The notes under the pieces were generated by a model, which saw only the letters and a list, made by a program, of their open reading frames with translations, was not told where the DNA came from and ran no database searches. From a virus (lineage: Duplodnaviria > Caudoviricetes), in the IMG/VR virus record IMGVR_UViG_3300025715_000009, positions 288,001 through 352,000 of that record: a DNA stretch of 64,000 bases. One strand, 5' to 3'. The position numbers and the translations under genes were made by a program. Positions within the stretch are counted from its first letter, which is position 1. Every line of letters begins with the position of its first letter. This document shows, in pieces, positions 1 to 10,348 of the stretch.

Positions 1-253
1 GTATTTTACCCAATATTTCAGATAAATCATCTAAAATAGAAAAATTTTTATTATAATTTCTGCCATCTGTTCTACTATTAAATCTAATATACATTTTATT
101 ATTATAAAACATAATTTCCATTTTATATTCTATATCATATGATATAACTTCAGGTGTTAATTGTTGTGTTTTTATCTTATTACACAATATAAGATGATAA
201 TTATCACCTTTATAGTCTTTATAAGGTGATTTTTGTAAAACCCATTTGTTCAT
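1..253 (-). CDS. Hypothetical protein, runs off the window edge
   Basis: ATG at 253 overlaps the stop of 250..660; the frame stays open to position 1 (MNKWVFTKSPY...). Confidence 0.6.
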   Translation of the reverse strand, partial: MNKWVLQKSPYKDYKGDNYHLILCNKIKTQQLTPEVISYDIEYKMEIMFYNNKMYIRFNSRTDGRNYNKNFSILDDLSEILGKI

Positions 254-660
254 GATATATTATCTTTGTTATGATAATCACTTATGATTAAACCTTGGTT
301 CCATTTTTCTTTATTTTCTAATAAATAAATTTTGGCATATAATGGATAATCTTCTTCTTTTATTTCAGAAATCAAGTTATTTATTTTCTTGACATTTTCT
401 ATACTGAAATATAAGATATTAGCAATTTTTCCAATTGGACTTAATTGCTCCACTCCATCTACAGTTTTTTTATCATAATAATAACACTTTGATACTAAGC
501 CATTCCATCTTGCTCTTTGAATACTTTTTTGAGCTTGATTCGGCGTTATATTTGGCTCATGTTTTTTTAATATTTCATAAGCAGTGTCTGTTTGAAAATA
601 ATGATTTTGTACAACATCTAAAATGTTTTTTATTCTAATAACATAAAGAAAATTTTTCAT
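250..660 (-). CDS. Hypothetical protein
   Basis: 136-aa ORF with a GCATA motif upstream. Confidence 0.6.
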   Translation of the reverse strand: MKNFLYVIRIKNILDVVQNHYFQTDTAYEILKKHEPNITPNQAQKSIQRARWNGLVSKCYYYDKKTVDGVEQLSPIGKIANILYFSIENVKKINNLISEIKEEDYPLYAKIYLLENKEKWNQGLIISDYHNKDNIS

Positions 661-674
661 ATATCAAAATATGC

Positions 675-701
675 AAAAAAAGAGGCCGTAAGGCCTCTTT
701 T
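675..701. terminator. Bidirectional intrinsic terminator
   Basis: AGAGGCC-GTAA-GGCCTCT hairpin flanked by A and T runs. Confidence 0.8.
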
Positions 702-702
702 A

Positions 703-1332
703 TTATTCAACTAATTCAGTGTTCCAGTATGCATCTGAAATAAAATGAGTCCAGCTTCGATACTTAGCATTGCCAATATGCACAGTAATGTGAGGACTTT
801 GCTTTGGCTTTTGAGGTTGACGAATCAACTTCATATGTGCTTCGTTTGGGTCTCTGTCCCTCTTCTTTTGATTGCACTTGATACAAGAACAAACAAGATT
901 CTCCCAGCTATTCTCTCCACCCTTGGAGCGTGGAATAACGTGGTCAATGTTAAGCTGTTCAGTTGAATATGCTTTGCCACAATATTGACAGGTGTTATTA
1001 TCTCGTGTGTAGATATTTTTTCTTGTCAATTTGATAGCATATCTTGGAACATCTTGGAATCCAAGTATACGAATGACTCTTGGAATTTGAAGAGTTAATG
1101 AAGGCGTGTGAATCCATTCATCATACTCAGCCCAATCTCCCATCTCCTCTTTTAATTCAGATATTTCTGCCCAAGAGGAGAATGTGTAGTTGGCATAAGA
1201 GCCATTTTCGACTGTAACGACTTCTGCGCAATTCTTCCAAAGAAGAATAAAAGCTTCCTTGGCTGTTACGATTTCAATAGGTTGATAGTTTCGGTTAAGC
1301 TTTAAAACTCTGTTCTGAAGAATTGCTTCCAT
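703..1332 (-). CDS. HNH endonuclease (McrA/HNH_5-like)
   Basis: RDNNTCQYCG...IDHVIPRSKGG..SWENLVCSCIKCNQKK; N-terminal VLKLNRNYQP; GGAGG RBS. Confidence 0.92.
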   Translation of the reverse strand: MEAILQNRVLKLNRNYQPIEIVTAKEAFILLWKNCAEVVTVENGSYANYTFSSWAEISELKEEMGDWAEYDEWIHTPSLTLQIPRVIRILGFQDVPRYAIKLTRKNIYTRDNNTCQYCGKAYSTEQLNIDHVIPRSKGGENSWENLVCSCIKCNQKKRDRDPNEAHMKLIRQPQKPKQSPHITVHIGNAKYRSWTHFISDAYWNTELVE

Positions 1333-1381
1333 GAATAACCTCCTTTTTTCATGGCTAAGTAAGATTATAATATATAATTAT

Positions 1382-2059
1382 TTACTCTAAATTAGAATAA
1401 TGATTCATACAAGTAGGACACACACCATCTGATATTTGAATATTGTGAATTGTTAGATATTCTCTTAAATCATGCCATGCTCCATTTTCATCTCTCATTT
1501 TTTTACAATTTGAACATACAGATATAATTGCAGGCAACTCCTTTTTGTCTTTTTTGGTCCTTATATAAAAAGCCCAAGCAAGATTTGCCAAATTATCTAC
1601 AATAGTTAAATCATCTTCATCATATTCAATATCTTTATTTCCTACTCCCATCACAGCAACTACTGAACCAAGATGTTTAATTGGGACAACTAACTCTCTC
1701 AATAAAGCAACATGCCCACCAGGTAAACCTTTTTTTAATTCAGGTGGCATTTGTAAATAGTTATTATGAATAACAGGTTTACCATCTCTTACTGGGTCTG
1801 CCCATATACCTGCAGCTGCTACTGGATAATGTGATGCTTCAACTGCATGACATTCTTGTGCAGTAGAGTTAGTCCATGTAAATAAAGATATTGTTTCTTT
1901 ATCTGGATTTACAAAATGGAAAAAACCAATTTTAGATAAGGTGATTTTTTGACATTCCTCGAGACAAAATTTAAAAATATCGATTGGGTGTTTATCATCC
2001 GAGTAATCGAGGAATGTATGAATTGTTTGACAAGCCTGATAGTATAAATCCCTTATCAT
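1382..2059 (-). CDS. GAF-domain protein with C-terminal Cys-rich motif
   Basis: GFFHFV...AGIWADPVRDGKPVIHNNY...GLPGGH..LRELVVPI...GVGNK..Y GAF signature; CSNCKKMRD..G.W...SDGVCPTC tail. Confidence 0.85.
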   Translation of the reverse strand: MIRDLYYQACQTIHTFLDYSDDKHPIDIFKFCLEECQKITLSKIGFFHFVNPDKETISLFTWTNSTAQECHAVEASHYPVAAAGIWADPVRDGKPVIHNNYLQMPPELKKGLPGGHVALLRELVVPIKHLGSVVAVMGVGNKDIEYDEDDLTIVDNLANLAWAFYIRTKKDKKELPAIISVCSNCKKMRDENGAWHDLREYLTIHNIQISDGVCPTCMNHYSNLE

Positions 2060-2076
2060 AATATTATCTTTTCTTA

Positions 2077-2340
2077 TTAAGAATGATTATTAACTTTTTT
2101 TCTCCGTTTATCAGTTGCTTTTTTATGTTTGTGTCTTCTATCTATTTCATCATCCATGCTTAATTTTTTTGTTTTTACTTTGCTGACACTAATAACTGTT
2201 TTTTGTTCATTTTCATAAATTCGTCTTCCACATTTTGGACAAAGTGGTTTGTTTTTTGTTATATATTCTTTAACATCTGTTTCAATAATATATTCTATTT
2301 CACATCCTTTTTTACATTCTAAATAATATTTGTAAATCAA
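2077..2340 (-). CDS. Small zinc-ribbon protein
   Basis: CKKGC...CPKCG motifs. Confidence 0.55.
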   Translation of the reverse strand: MIYKYYLECKKGCEIEYIIETDVKEYITKNKPLCPKCGRRIYENEQKTVISVSKVKTKKLSMDDEIDRRHKHKKATDKRRKKVNNHS

Positions 2341-2368
2341 TTATGTACTCCTCTGGTTATAATTATGC

Positions 2369-3058
2369 TTAAATAGTTAAATCTTTTAAATAAGCGCCAG
2401 AGGGATTATATAAATGGTCTTTTATTGATAAACCTAATTTCCTTTCAGGACCTATATGTATTTCTTTATTTACATGTTTATGTCCAAATATTCCAGGTGG
2501 TAATCCAGGTACAACATCATTACCATAAACATATCTAAATGTTTGTGGAACACGTTTATTATATGATTCTACAAAATATTTATTTCCAACTTTTGGAGAC
2601 CCAGTAGTAAGACATTCTAATTCTTTATTAAAATTATATTGTATATCCAATGCAGCAAATGTAGCAATTGCCCCACCTAAAGATTGACCCATACAAATTA
2701 CTTTTGGTGCATTTTGTGCTCTCAAATGAACTGCTTGTCTTAGCAATAAATAGGATTTATAAAATCCTACATGGGCCTTTATTTTTTTATTTGTCCCGGT
2801 TTCACTATATGGTGTTTTAGAGAATCTAAACCAAAAGTTGTATAACCAATCTATAAATTGATTTGAACCTAAAAACATAAATATTCTCCACCCATCTTTT
2901 TCTAAAATAGCGAGTTGCATATGTTTAAATTGAACAAAATCAATAACATCTTGTATTATAACCTTTGGTTGTTCATAATTATCGAAAAAGAGTTTTCTAT
3001 CTTGTTTTCTTATTTCATGATATTTATTTACAAGATAACTTGTCATCTCTGGTGTCAT
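2369..3058 (-). CDS. Class 3 lipase family protein
   Basis: GQSLGGA nucleophile elbow, GSPKVGN, DVVP, downstream DH. Confidence 0.88.
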   Translation of the reverse strand: MTPEMTSYLVNKYHEIRKQDRKLFFDNYEQPKVIIQDVIDFVQFKHMQLAILEKDGWRIFMFLGSNQFIDWLYNFWFRFSKTPYSETGTNKKIKAHVGFYKSYLLLRQAVHLRAQNAPKVICMGQSLGGAIATFAALDIQYNFNKELECLTTGSPKVGNKYFVESYNKRVPQTFRYVYGNDVVPGLPPGIFGHKHVNKEIHIGPERKLGLSIKDHLYNPSGAYLKDLTI

Positions 3059-3578
3059 AATCCCCTCCTAATTACTTCTTTCTTTATTGCTTGCTTGGCT
3101 TCAATTAATGGATAAAAACAATCTTCTAAAAAATGTATGTGAACGTCTTTACCCAAAATATTTTCTTCAATAGTAAAATTAATTTTAAATTCTTGTTTAG
3201 GAGTAATAATAAGGGCATCATATTCTCTTATGTAATGAACATGTCTTTTATTATCTGTTAATAGTTTTATTTCTGATATTTCCATATTGCCTTAATAATA
3301 GTTCTTTGATGTTTATTTTTACTTCCATCATATATGAAAGTAAATGGTGAATCCAAAGTAATTCTTACATCAGAATATGATGGGAATAAAAGTCCTGGAG
3401 AAAGTTCTGCTTTTATTTTTGGCTCTGGTCCAAGAATAAATCTTTTATTTGTTTTAACAATTTCAAACATATGCGCGTCTGACCAATCTTTTTTATTAGA
3501 TATTTTTACTTCTAAAAAAGCAACATCAAGATATAATTTAGGACCTAATAGTTGACGAATATAAATTATTTCCATACT

Positions 3579-3929
3579 TTATCTTGTATATTTTAATGCT
3601 TTATGTAATAATAAATCATGGTCATATTTATCTTTTATATAAACATGACCATTTTTATATGAGAGAGTATAAAGTTTTTTAAAATATTTGGAAGTAATAC
3701 GAAGAATTATTGTTTCAAGTTTTATTTTTTCAATATTACAAAGTTTCTGTATTTTAACCTTTGTTTTTAACTTATATTTAAAACTTGATTGAATTTCTTT
3801 TTTACTTAATAATATAACACTGCCATCTAAAGTAAAAACATTTCCATTATGGGTATATAATCTATTATTAGCATCTCTTGCAACAATTGCATAAACATAC
3901 CCATTACAAATTGACCTAATCTACTTCAT
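3579..3929 (-). CDS. 116-codon ORF with an in-frame TAG at codon 3 (amber readthrough candidate or pseudogene)
   Basis: GGAG RBS then ATG AAG TAG ATT AGG..., open to TAA at 3581-3579; it exactly fills the gap between neighbouring genes. Confidence 0.6.
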
Positions 3930-4141
3930 ACTACTCTCCTTTAATTACTGTTAATGATTTATATCCGTCAGTTATAATATAATGATTCACTTGAGCCCAT
4001 TCTTTTAATAGCCACCCACTTATATCATCAAAAGTTCCCCATACATTACCTGTTCTATCTAATTCATTTTTAAATCTATTAAAGTATTCTTGTTTCACTA
4101 TATTGTCTATTTTTTGATAATCTTCAAAAACATAAAAATCA

Positions 4142-4576
4142 TCATAGTGTCCCACAATTATACCTCCATAATGTTGGTCTAACTCTATTATACCAAGAAC
4201 TATCTTCTCTTTCATCATTATCAACATAGGATAAAGCTTGTTTATATCCCCAAGAAATAGATTGGTCAGAAAATATAATACCATCTTTTTTAGCTAGATT
4301 AATTCCTATATGCCAACATTCTAATTCAATTATTAATGTATTATAATTCCATTCTTTAATAAATTCTTGAGTTATACGACAATGACCTAATTCATGAAAA
4401 AATGAAATTAACATTTTTTCTTCATCATCATAATCTCCAAGCCAAATTTCATCATTACCTATAACCCAAGAATGATTTTTTTTGTCCCAATCATCATGAT
4501 TTTTATCAATAAAAGTGATAATAATATTATATTTTTCTGCTAATTCTAAAATCTTTTCTTTTGCCCTATTCATAAT
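4142..4576 (-). CDS. HEXXH metallopeptidase-like protein (ImmA/IrrE-like)
   Basis: FFHELGH plus downstream E..CW..G; probable start MNRAKE. Confidence 0.55.
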   Translation of the reverse strand: MMNRAKEKILELAEKYNIIITFIDKNHDDWDKKNHSWVIGNDEIWLGDYDDEEKMLISFFHELGHCRITQEFIKEWNYNTLIIELECWHIGINLAKKDGIIFSDQSISWGYKQALSYVDNDEREDSSWYNRVRPTLWRYNCGTL

Positions 4577-5024
4577 CTTCAGGGTTAAAAACTGTAGAAA
4601 CTTCAACGTTTGGCAATTCGCCTGATTCTGTTTTCTTTATTAAATCATCAATTATTTTAAGTGTTCTTTTTGTTTGATATAATTCGCTTATTGGACGTTT
4701 AATATCAACCAACTCCATAGCAATAATATCCCCTAAAATACCAAGCCAAATTTCTTTTGTAAATGGTCCATCAAGACAATCGTTTCCTCGATGCCAATCT
4801 TCTCCAGCTCGTGGTTTTCTACTTGTCATTGTGCACCCTAAATAACCTTCATAACCATCGTGAGGTGGTTTAGCAGTAATTGAATAATGATTTATGTCTG
4901 TAAATAATGACATTTTAACACAATCATCATCAACATAAATACAATCATTAAATTCGTATTTATGTCTCCTCACTGTCTCTAAAAACCATTGATATAATTT
5001 GTCCGCGCATTCTTGTAGGTTCAT
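4566..5024 (-). CDS. Hypothetical phage protein
   Basis: GGAGG RBS before MNLQEC. Confidence 0.7.
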   Translation of the reverse strand: MNLQECADKLYQWFLETVRRHKYEFNDCIYVDDDCVKMSLFTDINHYSITAKPPHDGYEGYLGCTMTSRKPRAGEDWHRGNDCLDGPFTKEIWLGILGDIIAMELVDIKRPISELYQTKRTLKIIDDLIKKTESGELPNVEVSTVFNPEDYE

Positions 5025-5077
5025 AACAAACCCTCCTTGAGGATAAAATAACAAGCCATAACAACTTGTTTTAATAA

Positions 5078-5259
5078 TCGGGAGGCGAGGATTTGAACCT
5101 CGCTCTTTCTACATTCACACTTTAATCATGATTTACTGCAGTAATCATGCTGTCTGAAACTTGCTGTCCACCTCCGCGTTGGCTTTCAGTATTGTCAGAC
5201 TCGAAATGTAGTTGTGCTATTCAGCTCTAAGGCTGGCCTTTTTCCCTACACTACCCCCG
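5078..5259 (-). ncRNA. Expanded tRNA-like RNA (182 nt) with insertions in the D-loop and anticodon loop
   Basis: CGGGGG/CTCCCG acceptor, TAGTGT...GCAC D-stem, CTACATT/AATGTAG stem around a ~90-nt insert, GCGAGG-TTCAAAT-CCTCGC T-arm. Confidence 0.7.
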
Positions 5260-5264
5260 TAGTG

Positions 5265-5335
5265 TGCCCCATTTGGGAATCGAACCCAAGTAAATAGTTT
5301 TAGAGACTACCGCTTTACCATTAAGCAAATGGAGC
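5265..5335 (-). tRNA. tRNA with CUA anticodon (amber suppressor)
   Basis: GCTCCAT/ATGGGGC acceptor; GTAGT-CTCTAAA-ACTAT anticodon arm; canonical TTCGATT T-loop. Confidence 0.88.
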
Positions 5336-5371
5336 AAGTTTGCCAGTTAAACTGGCAAAACTATATATGCT

Positions 5372-6049
5372 TTAGACCTTGAAAGTTTGCCTCATTTCAT
5401 AATTATCCCAACGTTTACCAGCATAATGTTTAATATCTGTCATACTATGTGGAAGAAAACCAGATTCTGAATTATTTTCTTCAAATTGATATTCAGACAT
5501 TAATGGAATTAAAATCCTACCATTATATAATGACATCCATGCAACGCAATCGTCTAAAAGTTCATTGCTTCCTAATTCACAATATCCAAATAAGTCTTGG
5601 ACTTCCAATTTTCCCTCAGATATTTTAGATAAATCAATTGCTTCTAATTTCCATCCTCCACTATCATCTCCCCAAACACATCCAGCAACAATAGCCAAGT
5701 TTGCTATTTTAGAATTTGGGTCTAATTTAGACTCATCCCAATAATCATAATCATTAGGAACACTAAAATCTACTGGACAGAAACCAGAGTTATGTTCAGC
5801 TATTAACTGACAATCTGGCAAAGACATTAAACTCACTGTTTCATAATCATGAGAATATAAAGCATATTCTTTCTCTTTCCATTTAAATGGATAAAATGTA
5901 TTATACATTGAATGATAATTTCTTGTATATTCGCCTATTTTAATTCCATCTTTTAGTATTTCAACTAATAAAGAATTACAATATCCATGACCATTACTTA
6001 TATCTGATGTTTTGGTTGTATAGTTTTTTAGTCTTTTCATTCTAGCCAC
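5372..6049 (-). CDS. Hypothetical phage protein
   Basis: 225-aa ORF in a tightly packed operon. Confidence 0.7.
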   Translation of the reverse strand: MARMKRLKNYTTKTSDISNGHGYCNSLLVEILKDGIKIGEYTRNYHSMYNTFYPFKWKEKEYALYSHDYETVSLMSLPDCQLIAEHNSGFCPVDFSVPNDYDYWDESKLDPNSKIANLAIVAGCVWGDDSGGWKLEAIDLSKISEGKLEVQDLFGYCELGSNELLDDCVAWMSLYNGRILIPLMSEYQFEENNSESGFLPHSMTDIKHYAGKRWDNYEMRQTFKV

Positions 6050-7248
6050 TCCTTTCCATTCTCTTTTAACATGTATTTTACTGAAATATACGCATGTTTT
6101 CTTTCTTCAGTTTTTACTTCATCATCGCTGACTTTTGGTTCAATTTGAGAAATTGTTTTGCCTCTTAGCATTGAATTATAAATATGCTGAATTCTGAAAG
6201 AAGATTTCAAGGATTGGATTGTATTTCTAGTAGAATTGATTCTTTGTAAGATGGGGGAAATTGTAAAATGATATTTTTCTGGTTGTGCATAACACGTATT
6301 TCGTGTATATACTTCATCTAAAACTAATTTGGATAATTCTCTTTGTGCTTCTTTATGTTGTTGTTTTGTAGATTTGATAAGATTTGCAATTTCATTATTT
6401 TCCATAATTTATCTCCTATAAGTTTAATAATAAGGTGGGAATTAAACTTTAAGAGTTATGGTGGTTTTAAAATCTATGACATACTCTCTCCTTTTATATA
6501 TAAATATGCTTTTAATTTTGAAAAATTTACTTTAAAGGAAAATATTGTTCACATTGAAAAGAACCTTTTACTTTTTTATGGTATATTAAACAAATTGCTT
6601 CACTATTAGCATCTGTTTTTATACCATTTTTATCAACAGTTCTTTCACCAGTCCACTGTATACAGGTACAACATCTTTTTTTACCAATTGCATGATACTC
6701 TTTAGACATAATTTCTCCTTATAATATATTTTCAACCATCTCATCTATTTCAGCAATAGCCAATGAGATTTTTGTAATTGCTCTAATCATTTCATCAGCA
6801 TCTTCACATTCAATAATTGATTTAGACATATGTTCTTTTGTTTCAATTAAATCATGTTTTATCATCTTTAATTTTTTCCTTCTTTCTTCCATACGATTAA
6901 TAATTTCATAAAGACCCATTTTCACTCCATGTTGTAAATATCCATTGTATTGTATTTTGGCAAATAAATTCTTTTAGTTGTTGGTTTTTTATATTATTTA
7001 ATTTTCTTAATGTATTCAGAGAAACACCACTAGGCCAAGAATGTGTATAAAACATGGCTCGATATGTTATATTATTATATTTTTCAAGCATTTTCATATT
7101 AACAATATACTGACTATGGAAAGCTCGAACATCAAACATTTTTATCAGTTTATCTTTTACAAAATAACATTCAATGTTTCTTGTCTGGGTATTAATTCCG
7201 ATATACATAATAGTTATCTTACATAAAAAAAGGAAGCTTGCGCTTCCT

Positions 7249-7950
7249 TTATATTTTTTTTATATACCCATATAAAAATTCTGTTTTACCAAATTCTGCA
7301 TTTATATGGAAATGTCCACAATACCATTTTTTATAATTTACACTATTCTCAATTATGTCAAAATAATCTCTAAGAGGTTGTTCTTCATCTGCCTCTTTAT
7401 GAATCATATCAAATTCTTGACTCATCTCTTTGAATTTATTGTATGAGCAAGAGTGAGTAATAATGTAATCAACAGTATTGTTATGCTGAGCAAGATTTTT
7501 CATGCCAAGAGCATATTCAGCATAATTTGGCATTTCTTGTGGCCACCAGTGAATTTGTGGAGTGCGCCTTGCTTTATCTATTGAATAGCCACCACCAAAT
7601 GTAAAAAATTTCACTCCATCAATAATATATACTCTTCCTCTTTTAAGATGGAAAATAGAATCTCTTACTATACCTACTTCATCACCAAACATTGATTTAG
7701 TAGGGAGAACTTCAAGACGATTAAAATTCTCATGATTTCCATCTACGAAAAGAGTAGTCCATGGTTTTGAGTTGAGCCAATCAAGCTTATATTTTTCAGG
7801 TGCTTTGGATTCATTTACATCCCACACACCACCAAAATCACCAGCAATAATAATATAATCTTGTTTGGTTAATTCTTTACCATCAGAGAAATGTTTAGAG
7901 GAAAATCTTTGAAAATCTCCATGTGTATCACCAGTTAAAAAAACCACTAA
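7249..7950 (-). CDS. Calcineurin-like metallophosphoesterase
   Basis: GDTHG, GDFGG, DGNHEN, ITH and GHFH motifs; exact start uncertain. Confidence 0.9.
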   Translation of the reverse strand, partial: LVVFLTGDTHGDFQRFSSKHFSDGKELTKQDYIIIAGDFGGVWDVNESKAPEKYKLDWLNSKPWTTLFVDGNHENFNRLEVLPTKSMFGDEVGIVRDSIFHLKRGRVYIIDGVKFFTFGGGYSIDKARRTPQIHWWPQEMPNYAEYALGMKNLAQHNNTVDYIITHSCSYNKFKEMSQEFDMIHKEADEEQPLRDYFDIIENSVNYKKWYCGHFHINAEFGKTEFLYGYIKKI

Positions 7951-8166
7951 CACCACCTCTATAGTCTACTGTCATTCCAGGCCCATATAAAACATTGAGT
8001 TTTTCCAAGGCTATTTTTTCTGCCTCTTGTCGATTATTAACACCATTAAACAATAAATCATATAGTGCTTCAGTAGAAGCAAGTCTTACTACTTCTTCGT
8101 TGTGAGAACCACGGACAAGTATAGTCATTGCTCCTCCTGATTTATAGTATCATAAAATTAAGATAT

Positions 8167-8542
8167 CTAAACTGATAAATATTGCTTAACCAAAAGCATT
8201 AAAACATTTTGGTCAAACGGTTTACTTAACCAACCATCTATTTTGTTCTTGCTTGATAAATTTTGTAATTCTAATATATTATAATTTCCAGTTATAACTA
8301 ATACTGGGAGATTTTTAAATTTTTCATTTTGTTTAATAGTTTCAATTAATTGAAAACCATCCATTTTAGGAAGTGTAATATCAGAAATTAAAAGATTACA
8401 ATCTAACTTGCTTAAAAAATCCAAGGCCTCTTCAGCAGTTGCGTAATCATATACTTCATAACCACCATGAAGAGTTAAAATCATTTTTGTTGTTTTTCTA
8501 ATTGAGTCAGAATCTTCAATTAAAAGTATTTTTTTTCTTCAT
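8167..8542 (-). CDS. Single-domain response regulator (CheY-like), frameshifted in an A8 tract near the N-terminus
   Basis: Removing one A gives MKKKILLIEDSDSIRK...; LLISDITLPKMDG, VITG and SKPF motifs. Confidence 0.8.
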
Positions 8543-8551
8543 AAGATTATC

Positions 8552-8932
8552 TTATGTTTTTTCAAAGATATGACGCATAAGACTATAAAAAACTAATTTA
8601 GAATCTCGACTATATGCAGCTTCTTTAGGAATATATGCTAATGGCTTTACACTGTCTATCAGCTCTTGTGCTTCACCTGGTTCTGCAAAAGAATGATAAA
8701 TTATAGGGATAGAATAATTTTCTTTTATGAACTTTCCAATCTCTTCACCATCTATGGGGAGATTAAATCTATAATCTAAAATCACGACATCTGGCTTAAA
8801 CTCTTCAATTGCTTCTCGTGTTTTATATGGATCAAAAATTTGCATATACTTAGCTTTTATTTCAGGAATAACATGCTTCTCCAAGTTCATTGAAACAAGA
8901 GGTGAGTCGTCAATAACTAGTATTTTTTTCAT
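8552..8932 (-). CDS. Single-domain response regulator (REC)
   Basis: KILVIDDS, PDVVILDY, DG, PIIYHS, AYIPK. Confidence 0.85.
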   Translation of the reverse strand: MKKILVIDDSPLVSMNLEKHVIPEIKAKYMQIFDPYKTREAIEEFKPDVVILDYRFNLPIDGEEIGKFIKENYSIPIIYHSFAEPGEAQELIDSVKPLAYIPKEAAYSRDSKLVFYSLMRHIFEKT

Positions 8933-10308
8933 ATATTATCTTATATATATTACTTAATTAGTTATTAATTTTACTTACAATAGTTGTCTCAATTGCTTGC
9001 TTATTCATGTATGTCATAATTTGTTTTAGGTCATCTTCATATCCTTTAAAAACAAGCACCTTGCCATCAAATTCAAAATGATTTGTAATTTTTGCTCTTA
9101 CAAAATTATAAAATTGATTTTTAAATTGATTTGTAAAATTCTTGCCCTTAAAAGAAAGTGTGTAAACCATTGTATCCTCCTAAAAGAAATATGCATAAAA
9201 AAAAGGAAGCATTGCGTTTATAGCGATGCTTCCTCTATTTTATTAAACAATATATTACCATATTATATCTTGCTGTCTTTTTTCATTTTTGTTTCATCTA
9301 ATAATAAAATTTTTGCTTCTATTGCTAATAAACCATATTGTTCAATTTCTTTTTGAGAGCATGGCATACTAGAATTTAAACTTAATCCACCCCAATAGGT
9401 TTTAATAGGTATCATATAGTCATTTTCAAAATTAAAAATACTATAATAGGATTTAGGATTAATATCATAAACATAAAAATTTATATTAAAATCATCAATT
9501 GGAATAATATATAAAAATTCTTTTCTTCTTCTCTTTATCCACTTGTTTGAAAAATAATTTTGTAAACGTTTATTATCTGCAATTTTATGTGTTATATCAA
9601 AATTAGAAAACAAAACTACTGTAATCATACAAATAGAACCGAACATATAAGACAAAACCACTATAAATGCCAAAGGTGTTTTAATTGCAAGAGACATTAA
9701 TATTGAACTTAGAATAAATGGAATTACTGAAATACAAATAACAAGTATTTTGTGCCCTTCTATAAAGTTTGATATTGATAGTTTTGCTGTTAGTCTTTTT
9801 TCAAATTTAGTCAAAATAAAATGTCCATATTAACCAACATATGCCAAGATGATTTTCATTTTCTGACCCATAATGAAAATGCCATGGGATAATCCACTCA
9901 TACCACTTCTGGCCTTCTAATTCTACTCGCATTTGTTTCTCCTTTTTTTGCCTGCAGCTAATCTATATTTTTCTTGGCGAATTTCTTTTTTAGATTGATG
10001 TTTATTTTCTATATTACGTCGTCTGAACTCTGATGCAATTCTATTATATACTATTTGAGCTGTTTCTATGTTATATTCTAGGTCATATTTTTGAAATGCT
10101 GAAATCATTATTTTACTCAAAGCACGTTCAGATAATCTAAAAATTAATAATAATTCTTTTTTAGGAGTTGAAGAAAAGTCGTGTGAGCGATATTTTTTTA
10201 ATTGTCTTGATAGAGAAATAAGTGAGAGATACTCATTATAGATAAATTCAAATCTTTTATCTAACATTAAAGCTTTTGCTATTTCCCACTCTTGCATAAT
10301 TACCTCTT

Positions 10309-10340
10309 TAAAAAAAATCCTCTCCTGAGGAGAGGATTTA
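10309..10340 (-). terminator. Intrinsic terminator after the GOLLD-like RNA
   Basis: AAATCCTCTCC-TCA-GGAGAGGATTT hairpin followed by a T run on the minus strand. Confidence 0.8.
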
Positions 10341-10348
10341 AAAACAAA

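Noticed and set aside
5078-5259. tmRNA
   Set aside because: Too short, no G3-U70 Ala acceptor, a D-stem is present and there is no evident tag ORF.
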